A DNA stretch of 64,000 bases from Asterias rubens (GCF_902459465.1 NC_047070.1:1736001-1800000), one strand, 5' to 3'; shown: positions 52,001-62,803, counted from the stretch's first letter. Made by a program: numbers and translations. Notes: a model not told the origin generated them from the letters alone.

Positions 52001-55000
52001 AGGATCAAAGCCTTTTTTAGGTATCTAAAAGCACACACAATTATGAAACAAGTGTGACTTTGATGACTAGTTGAGCCCAAATTTTCACAGGTTTGTTAAT
52101 TTATGCATATGTGAGATACACCAAGTGAGAATACTGGGCTTTAACAATTACCAAAGGTGTCCAGTGCCTTGTAGCTATATTCTAAGGTATTCTAAAAAAG
52201 TTATCAGAAAAACTATTTAGTTCATTTGGATTCTCAAAACGCAGTGATTAACAGACAACTTACTGGATGAGTTATGATTTTGATTTTAGGAAAGAATGTG
52301 ACAAGCTTCAGAGTGAGTTAAATGAACAACATCATGAAGACAAGAAAGCTGGTTTGACTCAACTAGCCTTGATGAAGGAACAAGAACTAGAAGCATCTAA
52401 GATTGGATGGGAAAACAAACTCAAGGAACTTCTTAAAGAGGTATGAACAATAAATTGTTCCTTTATTTACTACTACTTATAATAAAGGGAATTTATAATG
52501 CACCTGTATCTAGTTTAAAGGGTTTTGAAAAAAAATTGTAGATCAAGTTATTTGCCATGACATGATTCATGAACTCCCTTCTCACTGGGAATGAAGATGT
52601 TTGTAATAAAATTTACCTGTTTTTTCAGCTTCATTATCACCAAGTTTTTTTGGGGAAAAACAAGTTAAAATCACAGAGCAATGTTTTCACGAGAGTTGTG
52701 TAAATCCGTTGTGCATGCTAAAATAATTTTTAAATGGAGGGCAATTGTGTTTACCATAATATTGTAAGCATTAATATTCATGAAATCAAAATTTTGAATT
52801 GAAAAAGAAAAAACTAAGCCAAAAAAAAAACATGACTGAGATTTTGCTATTTTTTACAATCTGTTGTGAAAGGGCAATCCAACCAATTTTGTTTTTTATA
52901 TCCTAATAGCCAATAAGCACTCACATAATAGTGTTGACCTCTTATCTGTACCTCATTATTCTCTAGGTATCTCAACTAAGGAATGCGTTATCTTCAAAAG
53001 CAGATCAAGCACAGAGTGAGCTCGTGACGTTGCAGGGACTTGCCGACCAAAAACTCAATAAATTGAAATTTGAGATGGCCGCTCTCGTAGAGGAACATGC
53101 AAGGGCTATCAGTTTACTCAAAGCAGACAAGGAGAAAGAAGGAGAGACCTTGAGGCAAGAGAAAGAGGATGCCTTAAAGGTGGGTTACAGGACTTGGTAG
53201 TGTACCAAGTTAACGGTGCTTAAAGGCACAAAACACTTTGGGTAATTACTCAAAATATATATTAGCATAAAAGCAGTACTTGGTAAGGAGTAACGGAGAG
53301 CTGTTGATAGTATAAAACACTGTGAGAAACGACTCCCTCTGAAGTAACATATCCTTTGTTTTTCCCTCTAGGAATTAGAAGAGCGCCTAGTAAGCCAGTA
53401 CAGAGAACAGATGGAAAAGGTGTTGAAGTCCCACAGGGATGCCGTTGAGGCATTACGAGATGAAGCAGAAAAATCACGACAATCCGATAAATACTCGACC
53501 AGTTCTCAACATAAACAGGCCATGGGTAAGATCCAGTTGATAAAAGTCAAATTTTGAAAGAATTTTCAAAAAGCTGTAATGAGAAAATAGAATTAGCTTT
53601 TGCAAACTGCTTACCAACCAAAAGGAAATAATTATGGTATAAATGCAAAATGGCCTGACATTCAGACCCTAGCAGAGTCTTTCTTGAAGGCTATTTTTCT
53701 TCTTCTTTTTTTAGCCTTCGAGAAAGACTCTGCTAGGGTCAAAAACTTCAGGCCGTTACTTTCTTTTTTTGCAAAATCTGTATTGTTTAAATTATTTTTG
53801 TCTTACTAACTGTTAATGGAAAAACTTTTCTTAACCCTTTTGATAGTTTTTTTAACCTTTGAGATCATAGTGAATTAAAATGTTATCAGCAAATCTGTGG
53901 TGAATGTGCAAGCTGGCTGTTTAACTTTCTCGCTAACCTATGATGTATGCTTATGCTTAAGCAACATTTTCTGCAAAAGTAAGCATGGCAATTTAAGCAG
54001 TGCTATAACATTAGCCCCTGGTGAATAAAGTAAATAGATTATCATCGATCCTTCCCCGAAGTAGAAATAAAACTTCTTTTTCTTATTATTACAATGTGAT
54101 TGCAGAAAAGTTGAAGTTAGAGTTAACCCAGAGACAGATGGCCGAGATGGATCAACTTTCAAGAACACATCGTGGTCAAATGGCTGCCGCTAAAATGGAA
54201 TTAGAACGCTCGATAGAGATCAAACAACAACAGGTCAGTTTAACGTTCACTACTTCAAACCAATTCAATGTTAGGCCTAAAAAAAAAATATGTTGGATTG
54301 CCCTATCCCGACCGACCGTAAAATGAGGAAAGTCTCGGTCGCGGTTTTTTTTATATTTTTTTTTACACTTCAGAATTGTGATTTCATGAATATTTTATGC
54401 TCACAAAATGGTAGATTTGACACAAATATTTATTTTCGGCCGACTACTTACTGTCGTCAACAATAATTATCCAGCAGTGCAACCATGGTGCAACACAGTC
54501 GTGGTATTCAACGGTCACAAACGCGCATTGGAGATCGATTTCCCTCTCACACATATCAAACCGCACGCATCTTATCCGACGTCACGATTTTACAAGGAAC
54601 CAGTCTAACAATCCATTGAACAACAGAGGGCGCTGTTGCCAGTAATGCCCTTATATGGTATCGCTCGTTTATTGAATGGACGAAAAACACGGTGAATGAA
54701 ATGACTCTCGGAAATAGTTTTGGAAGGATTTTGCCAAAATAAAGATGCAAAAAGAGTGCTTGAAGCGAGATATATAAGATGAAATACCTTGCTTGTTTGA
54801 CAAACAGATCTTTCATGAAATGTTTATGCAGTTTTAGCAGGGCATTCTTTGACATCTCAAAAAAACAAAAAAAAATATCCCGACCGACCGACCCAAGCAA
54901 AAAATCGGGTGAAAGGGCAATCCAACATATTTTTTTGGGGGGCCTTATGTGCATTTTAAAGGGTTTGGGAACTTTTTGTATGACACACAACACAAAAGTC

Positions 55001-58000
55001 CACAGATTTACATTAAACTTACACCGTTTAATGATAATGATAGTAGAAACCTTCCCATAAAATATTACTTGCTGCTGTGCTGTAGTTTTTGAGAACTGAG
55101 TAAAACAATTGCATGAAAGTTATTTTAGCATGTACAACGGATTTACTCAACTCCCCTGAGAAACTTACTCTGTGATTTTCACTTATTTTCTCACAAACAT
55201 GAAGACTAATGAAGTTCAAACTTCTACAGGAAAAATATATTACATACATCTTCATGCACAGTGAGTAGGGATTCGTGTCTTGGCCAACAACTTGATCTAC
55301 AAAAGTTCCCAAATTCAGACACCCAAACAAAACAAACAAGCACCACTAACTTCTCATCTCTTAATAATAGGAGAAAGAAATGAAGTTCCGAGAGCAGGAG
55401 TTGAAAGAAGATGTTAAGCAACGAGACAGACACATCGATAATGTTGAGAAACACCTTGAAGATGTCAAGCAAGAGATCACCAGGCTGACTAAGGAGTTGA
55501 AGTTCAAAGGTCAAGAGGTGTTAAAGGTCAAGAGTGAGGCTGATGAACATCTCAGGTCAGTTGGTTATACACATAATAGTAGGGACTTTTCGTTTTCGAC
55601 GACGGATGGTTCTGCGACGGTAAAGATGACATTTGGCGTCATCTGCGCATGCGTCGGCTTTGAGGACAGTCGTCCCTCAATTTCTATGACAGTACTTGGG
55701 ATGAATCTTCGTTGTGCTGAAAACGACAACGTTTAGCTGAACAACCGTCGCAGAACCATCCGTCGTCGAAAACGAAAAGTCCCTATTCATCACCGATGCT
55801 AAAACATAGAATTCTAACTGCCTCTAGTTACTGGGCAATCTCAGTGTTCTAGTTGGTAAGACATCTGCTCTAGATTGGCAAAAGTCGTGGGTTCGAATCC
55901 CACCCAAGTTATATGCCTGGGATTTCTTTCACAGCACTTGATAAAGTACTCAGTATACAGCATTTACACACATCAGTGTTAGGGTAAAACCATAGAGCAA
56001 GCAGGCCTGATACTTCACGGAGGCAACGGAGGCGATTGCCTCCGTTGCCCCTTGTCATTGCCTTGGTGCCCTTGAAATGCTCCAGTAGAAATTTACAATT
56101 TCCTCATAGGGTGCCCTTTGCCCAAGAGAAAATGCCTTGGTGCCCTTGCCCTTTCAAAAACGAAGCATACAGCCCTGGAGCAAGGATGGTCAAACCAAAT
56201 AATATCTAGTTGGTTATTGACCCAATTCACCTGACATCATCATCGAATAATCATGGATGAGCCATATTGGTGGGCAATGTCACTGGGCATTATTCATTGA
56301 AGTGCGCATATTAGGCGACGCAGCGTTTACACGTAAACCTAACTGCAAACCAAAACGGTGAGCGTGGCACAGTCGCCGCGTGTGACGTGGGTGCAAGGGG
56401 TCAATAGTTATATTTATGTTTGAAAGTAAATGGTTGGCTGAGGTGGTAAAGTATTGGGATTGGACAATCAACTCATTTTGCTTGATCGCATCACATTTTC
56501 TTTTACTCCGATTATTTGATTTTTCTTCCTGATTTGTTGGTCAAAACAGAAAGCAAGAGGAGAGACTCATCGAAGCTCACAGCCAAGACATGGACGCTCA
56601 AGCAGCAGAGCATATCCAAGAAACTCAGAATATGCTCGGAGAGTTCAACCGAGCGCAGGAATTACTCAAAGATAAGATCTCAGCTCTACAGATTATGTGA
56701 GTATCAAATGTTGAAAGTGTTTCTGAATTCAAAACTTTATTAGAGCTGGGTAGCATAGAATCGTAGTGGTTAGCAGAAACAGGTTGTCAGCTAAACGTGG
56801 TTATTTGTACTGTTTGTGACTGGTTTTTAATAGTGCTTAAACAGAGAAATTCGTAAGCAGTATTGTCTTGGGATGAAATAAGACAGAAATTGTTTTACTT
56901 CAATCTCACAGTAACCTGTAAAGACCAAATATGTAAAATTGGTAACCTGACTATATTGTTAATTTTTGCTGTTGATTGTTTTAGGTTGGAGGAGGCTGAA
57001 GAGCGATATCAGAGTCGAGATTCCAGACCAGAAGACCTAGAGCAGATTGCGAGACTCAAGGACATGGTGTCAGAGAAAGAGGCCATAATGCAGAAACTTG
57101 TGGTACGTTGATTTTCTATTAATTCACTCAATCATTTTACTAATAATAGTAATAATGGATTCTTATTTAGCGCTTATTCGTCACTCAGTAACGCTCAATG
57201 CGCTTCATCATACAGTATTTTCCTCCAAGGTAAATGGGACTAAGTTGAATTATAAGACCATCTCTTTTTACATAGCACCATGTAATGGTTTACAAGGTGC
57301 TGTGGCGCAAAATGCAGCCAGTCAAACCAGGAACACAGGGGCGAACCCCTTCTCTTTTTGAAAAGTGCACTGGGTTCTTTTTCCCACCGAACTTAGGAAA
57401 GTACCGAGTACATGTATACAGTTCGCATACACATATTGTGGTCAATAAAGTTCATTCTCAAATTGGATTAAATCTGATTGTTTTGATTTGTTCACAGGAT
57501 GAGAAACGCTACTTCCAGTTGGAGCTGATCAATCGAGAAACTAATTTCAATAAAGTATTCAACATGAACCCAAATGTTGGAGTCCTGGATCCGTTCGCCT
57601 ATAAGGTAGAACTTTCTATCATTTCTAATTCTTGAAAGAATAAAAAACATGCACAATATTCTTCCCTCTCTAGTCTAATTTTTGATAGATTTGCCTTTGG
57701 AAAAATCGTTATTGAATAGCCTGAAAAAATCTAATATTACTAAACCATACGCCACAACAACAATAATTATAATAAAGACTTGTTATGTGCACATATCCAC
57801 CCTGCTGGGTGTTCAAGGCTGTGACATAAGATAAGTTCAAGGCGCAGTAAAAAAAACAAAAAACAAAACAGACACAACAAGATTATACGATGAAAACCTG
57901 TGACATAAGATAAGTTTTGAGAAGACAAGATCTTAGATTAGGTGGTAGAGAGTTCCAGATGCGTGGCGCAGCTAAAGAAAAAGACCTAGTAGGTCTGCGC

Positions 58001-58785
58001 TCAACAATTATTTTCCTACATTTTTCACATGACCAAATATCATGCCTGAAGAAAGAAACTAAAAAGTTGTGAATGAATGAATAGTCAACCCTTGTTAGAA
58101 AGATGTTCTGAATACATGTATAAAGAGTCCATTCTTATGTCCTGAATCACATTTCTGCGTCATGTTGCTTTGTTTTTGGTGTCCTCTTATAACAGCGTTT
58201 CTGATATTAAGAGGCAAGTTATCCAGTCCCAGAGATCTTGTTATTAACCAAGAGTCGACAGTACATTTTTAGAGAACAAAATTAAGGCAAGGTTTATTAC
58301 TTTTTCAAGGATGGTATCTAATTCAAGATACTAACTTCAGCTAAACGTAGAAAGCAGAGTTCTAATAACGTTAGTAAACAATTATAACGCGCCATGTCTG
58401 TCAGACTTGACAACCCTGACGCGACTGAGATGAAAGCAAGAAAGCCAGAGGGCTGATGCATGGTGTAGGTAGTAGTAAGACTTACTCAAAAGTTCTTCAA
58501 ATCGGAAGACAACACAAGCCAATAATACATCAAACAATAATTGATTTTGTGTTTCTTGTATAACAACAGAAAAAGAAAGGAGGTGAGGTAACAAGGGAGG
58601 CTCCGCGTTATGTGAGTGCACCGAGCTTAAACACGATGGCTGTGAATGGATCATCAAACAATAATAGTCCGAACCATCAAAGACTGGTACCACTTCCTGA
58701 TTCACCCATTCATGATATCCAGCTCAATCCAAAGAAACCTCTTATACCACGCCCACCGAGGACTAAGAAGTTCATTAATACATGA
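40036..58785 (+). CDS. FAM184A: FAM184-family coiled-coil protein, about 1112 aa; join(40036..40173,40997..41860,46595..46715,48598..48779,49732..49938,50379..50663,51586..51707,52290..52440,52967..53179,53372..53525,54106..54233,55371..55555,56550..56696,56985..57102,57498..57605,58570..58785)
   Basis: Family-typical N-terminal LHLKMSKKIAQLTK|VIYALNTKNDEHE. C-terminal FQLELINRETNFNKVFN and RLVPLPDSPIHDIQLN resemble FAM184A. All 15 introns are GT-AG with matching phases; total 3339 nt is a multiple of 3. Confidence 0.9.
41907..42150. mobile_element. CAGGCC-terminated DNA element with an internal about 80-bp duplication; same family as 56002-56177, related to about 45770-45946
   Basis: Starts CAGGCCTGTATGCTTC. 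TACTGGAGCATTTCAAGGGCACC is the reverse complement of the 56002 copy. Confidence 0.6.
42797..43232. mobile_element. family-A MITE, rearranged; another copy about 44295-44574
   Basis: ttaa|AGGCACTGGACAC start and family-A segments. Confidence 0.7.
43700..44205 (+). mobile_element. heavily decayed L2-like LINE 3' end
   Basis: Frameshifted traces VPRST..YGK..DSLQS resemble the L2 ORF2 C-terminus, followed by AATCGCCTTGAG...TATTAT tail. Confidence 0.3.
44673..44994. mobile_element. hAT-type non-autonomous element nested in a family-B MITE
   Basis: Perfect 8-bp TSD GCCGAGGT (44665-72 and 44995-45002), TIR TAAGCTTGGGCGATA / TATCGCCCAAGCTTA, subterminal ATATCG repeats. Confidence 0.9.
47315..48293. 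repeat. 39-bp minisatellite, 25 copies, in FAM184 intron 3
   Basis: Unit CTAGCCTGTAGCAGTTTTGACTAAACAATGTATGCCAGG; 979 bp / 39 = 25.1 copies. Confidence 0.97.
48809..49186. mobile_element. family-A MITE, well preserved; further copies about 51830-52170, 53222-53350, 60170-60495
   Basis: ttaa|AGACAGTGGACACTACTGG...CAATAGTGTCCACTGCCT|ttaa. Confidence 0.88.
49215..49490 (-). mobile_element. SINE-like family L; copies about 50003-50150 and 61388-61570
   Basis: Three loci share CCCAACTCACAAGG...AGGGCTACACT...AATCAACTGTC.CCAGG..CATGTTGCCAC. This copy runs into GCTCAAGGGCACAAGTGTCATGAC plus a B-box-like end. Confidence 0.6.
50731..51101. mobile_element. TTAA-flanked MITE related to families A and B
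   Basis: ttaa|AGCAATCGCAC...GTGTCCAATGGCT|ttaa; shares ATAACAAACCTGTGAAAATTT with family A. Confidence 0.7.
54274..54944. mobile_element. non-autonomous element with TTA target duplication (Zator- or Harbinger-like)
   Basis: tta|GGCCTAAAAAAAAAATATGTTGGATTGCCCT...AGGGCAATCCAACATATTTTTTTGGGGGGCC|tta, with CCCGACCGACC subterminal motifs. Confidence 0.8.
55582..55783. mobile_element. MITE with perfect 40-bp TIRs and TA flanks
   Basis: ta|GGGACTTTTCGTTTTCGACGACGGATGGTTCTGCGACGGT...ACCGTCGCAGAACCATCCGTCGTCGAAAACGAAAAGTCCC|ta. Confidence 0.9.
56002..56177. mobile_element. 176-bp CAG...CTG element with a 7-bp target duplication
   Basis: gagcaag|CAGGCCTGATACTTC...GAAGCATACAGCCCTG|gagcaag. Confidence 0.8.
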
Positions 58786-59044
58786 GGAACCACGCCCAAC
58801 AATCACCACTCCCACTAAGGACTAAGAAGGTCATTAATACATGAGGTACCACGCCCACCAATCACCACGCCCACTAAGGACTAAGAAGTTTATTAATACA
58901 TGAGTTACCACGCCTCCAATCACCACACCCACCAAGGACTAAGAAGTTCATTAATACATGAGGAACCACGCCCACCAACAACAAAGAAGTTCACCATGCC
59001 CACTGATGAATAAAAAGTTTATTAACACATGAGGTTACCACGCC
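58746..59044 (+). repeat. 59-bp tandem repeat, about 5 copies, overlapping the FAM184 stop codon
   Basis: GGACTAAGAAG at 58760, 58819, 58878 and 58936, plus a degenerate fifth unit. Confidence 0.9.
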
Positions 59045-59930
59045 TGCTACACAGTATCAACCTCTACCCTCAGAGGAACCCATTTATAATGAATTATAAT
59101 GGAGCGTCTTGCCCAAGGACACAAGTGTCATGATCGGGATTCGAACCCACATCCTGATGACTAAACTTTGAATTTGGTGCCTTAAACCACTCGACCATGA
59201 CATCCTACTGCATGATAACTGTACATGTACATTCAATGTTGCAACCATAGTGTGTGACAGTGAATTCCGTAAGCCTTGATTACTGTGTTCTGTGTCTTCT
59301 GATATAAAATTTCGTCCAGTTAAACAGGCATGTAGCATTTTTTTGTTTAAGTAAAGCGTCTGTTGGATTTTGTAAATTATAAATATGTAAGTTATATATC
59401 ATATACATGTATATTATTATTTTTTTTAAAGTGAAAGTCTAACCTGTGAATAGTTTGAGTGGTATGGAATTTTTAATTTGATAGTATCTTTGTATTATTC
59501 ATATATTAACCAACTTCCGTCCATCTTTGTGTACAAATAACATAAATGAGGCGAAATATATTAAAGAAACCTTTGGTTTATTTCTTACAAATTGTATTAT
59601 TTACATAAATTAAAGAACTGTACATGTACATGTACATGTAAATGTTTTCAAAGATGTCTTTTTTCAAAAGATTTCTACATCTGCATTGGTAAACACAGCA
59701 TATAGAACTAGCTGTTGCAAACAACTTACCAACCAAAAGGACTGAGGGTATAAATGCAAACAAAAATAGTTAGTGGCCTGACGTTTCGACCCAAGCAGAA
59801 TCTTTCTAAAAAATATGAATGTCCACAGATTTGCACTGAACTTACAACATGGTATAAACATGGTGGAAAACTTCTCTTTTAGTATTGATGCTTGAAATGC
59901 TAAAGTTTTGAGAAATCAGTCAAACAATAT

Positions 59931-60073
59931 ACAATTGTTGCACGCTGTGACGGGGTCCATGGCGTTTTGTACACTCGAGGGGGAAAATGGAACCAAAGGC
60001 GAAGCCGAGGGTGCCATTTCCCCTCGAGGGTGTACAAAACCCATGGACCCCAGTCACAACGTGCAACAATTGT
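59931..60073. mobile_element. fold-back element, 60-bp arms around a GGCGAAGCC mini-hairpin
   Basis: ACAATTGTTGCACGCTGTGACGGGGTCCATGG... is inverted to ...CCATGGACCCCAGTCACAACGTGCAACAATTGT. Confidence 0.75.
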
Positions 60074-62212
60074 TTTGTTATACCTTTGTTTAATTGTTAT
60101 TCCTCTTCTCGAAGTTCTGTTGTCATCTTCAAACATTGTTACGACGGACTATTCATTGTTTATTAAACAGACGAACAATGTGTATATGCATAAAATAACA
60201 AATCTATGAAAATTTTGACTCGATTGGTCCTTGAAGATGCAAGAGAATAATGAAGAGAAAAAAACACCTTTGTTGCACAAATTTGTGTGCTTTCAGATGC
60301 TTAACAAATATTACAAGATTTCAGGCCTGAAGTCTTTTAATATTTGAGTAAGAAATTACTTCTTTCTCAAAAACTCGGTACTTCAGAGGGAGCTGTTTAC
60401 AAATTGATTTATAATAGCAACATCTCTCCATTGCTCATGACCAGGTAAGCTTTTATGCTAACAATTATTTTGAGTAATTTCACTGCCAGTGTCTTTAAAC
60501 TAATTTACTTACTAGCAAATAACACCTTTACATAGGATTTTTGCTTATCTCAGTCTCTGTACAAAGGGAAAGACAATACTTCTGAAACTAGATTTCCCTC
60601 AAGATGATCGCTTGTACTCGTCGACGATTATTAATAACTGCGATTCCTCCTGCTGGAATTTATGATTATAATTGTTGGATAATCTAACAAAACTGTTTTG
60701 TAAATTTTCAGTTCTTGTCATGATTTCATGCTCCGTTTCGCAAACATAAAAATGCACACGACGCTGAGTTGTACACAGGTTACTGGTGTATTAATTAGTG
60801 CCAAGCGTAAAGCTTGCGCTGCGCCTTTGTTTAAACATTTCCAGCCATTTTTGTATCACATGTTTAAACACCCCCGGGTGGGAAGTGCTCTCCACCAATA
60901 GGAATAGCAAACATGCCTTTAAACTATTTATTCTTGATTATTAAAGTATATATGGGCTACATTAACTAATGTTATCTAATCAAACCAAAATACTGTATGC
61001 CGTCCAGTTGCCATGGCAATAAATAAAATCAATACAATGTTGTTTTGGTCTAAAATATCTGTTTAATTTGCAATTTATGTTAATTATAATGTTGGACCAG
61101 GTAAATATTCAGGATTTTGCAGAGATAGAACTTCAGCAAATTTGAAATGTTAACATAACTTGAGTAATCCTTCCAGTTTGTACAACTTTTCAAAGCAGCT
61201 CAAGGTCGATTTATATACAAAGATTTTCAAGGGATGATCCTTGCAATTTTGAGATATCATCTGAGATATTTTATGGCATTTTTAAGATCTCAGCTGACTG
61301 ACTATTGTTTATTGTTATTATGAAAAGAAATCAATTCCAGAGAAGGTTATTTATAAATGTTTATAATCAATTTCTTTTTAATGAGAGATTGCCTAACATC
61401 ACAAGGCAAGTGACGCCCACTTCAAGGTGAGGGCAACACTAAATAAATGATTTGGGCTGTCGACCCGAATCAACTGTCTCCAGGGGCATGTTGCCACCTA
61501 ATCCTGGGGTAGAAACATATGGATGTTGGCATGTGTATCGTCCACTAGGAACCTGGCTGGTAAAGCAAATCGACCCTTTCCAAAGTTACACAAAGCAATA
61601 AGACCACATAAAAAACAAAATTTTTGATCGTCCCGCCCGACCCTTCAAAACCCCCGACCCCATTTATTTTTCTCATAAAAAACAACCTTTTCGGCTGATT
61701 TTTTCAAAATGTACAGGTTTGAAAAGATGTTTAAAGAAGGTTTTTATTAATGTTGGCAAAGCTAGAACAATTCTTCAAATATTTACTTGGGCTACACTGT
61801 GCTTAGTTGTTTGAAAAAGTTTACAGAAAATGTCATCTAGGAGTTAAATTTGTTTGACAAAACTATTGAAAACATCAAAAACACACAAACCCTCTGTTTT
61901 ATAGTGATTGTGATGATTTCTTTATTTTTGATTTCGTATTTGCCATGTCAACGATCAACAATTTTTGTTTTTATGTGGCCTTATGGAAGTGCCTTGCTCA
62001 GGGGCACAAGTGTCATGACCAGGATTCAAACCCACACTCTGCTGCTGCTGAAACATCAGAGCTTGGGTCTGTTGACCTAGACCACTCAGACACAACACAC
62101 CACAGCCCACTGGTGATTTGTTCAGGCAAAGACTGGGATTTTTGACCGCGTGGTGGTGCTCTCTAACATCACTTCCGAGGGTATATTTATTCGTACCCAA
62201 AACAGTTGTTAA

Positions 62213-62566
62213 TTATAATAATATAATAACATTTTGAGTTTATATAGCGCTGTTTCACTCCCGAACGGATGTCTTAAAGCGCTTCAAATTATTACCCCTG
62301 GTCACTGGGCCTTAATTCACTCCTTAAACAATCTCAGCTCCCTGGGGAGTATACAGCCTCGTGCAACAAATGCGCTATTAAATCAATCACAAGAACCATC
62401 TCTGCCCTCACAGGTCCCCATTTACCCCTGGGTGGAGAGAAGCAATAATAGCCAAGTGTCTTGCTCAGGGATACAAGTGTCACGATCGGGATTCGAACCC
62501 ACACTCTGCTAAACAGAATCAGCAGAGCTTGAATTCGGTGCTCTTAACCGCTCGGCCACGACACCC
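62213..62566 (-). mobile_element. full-length tRNA(Leu)-like, CORE-like SINE (S2); other copies 51150-51452(-), 59095-59200(-), 61985-62100(-), 3' tail 45950-46078(+)
   Basis: Minus strand: GGGTGTCGTGGCCGAGCGGTTAAG (A box), TTCAAG loop, GGTTCGAATCCC (B box), then GTATCCCTGAGCAAGACACTT...GTAAATGGG, then AAGCGCTTT...GCGCTATATAA and an AT-rich tail. Confidence 0.85.
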
Positions 62567-62803
62567 TACATAAGGACTGAAAGCACATTACCACTACAGA
62601 GACATCTTAATCCATCACGGACAATAAGACCTTTAATTGAGTCGTTATAATCCACCGCTACAGCAACTTAACACTACTGCGCAACAAAAGTGACAGAATG
62701 CGATTAAAACTGTGCAGTACAAATCGCGTATACAAGGAAGTGATCAAAACACAACTGAAAGCGCCATTCAACTGTACATGGGTTTTAAATTATCAAGAGC
62801 GGA

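Noticed and set aside
58196-58260. Acceptor-like site in FAM184 intron 15 (possible poison or alternative exon)
   Set aside because: Immediate stop in phase 0 and a weak donor; the homologous coding sequence resumes at 58570.
58746-59044. Repeat-spacer look (CRISPR-like)
   Set aside because: Inter-repeat parts are themselves near-identical, context is eukaryotic and there are no cas genes.
62480-62566. tRNA-Leu-like sequence (also tRNA-like stretches at 12.0, 49.6, 51.4 and 55.8 kb)
   Set aside because: No closing acceptor stem; each continues into a shared SINE body.
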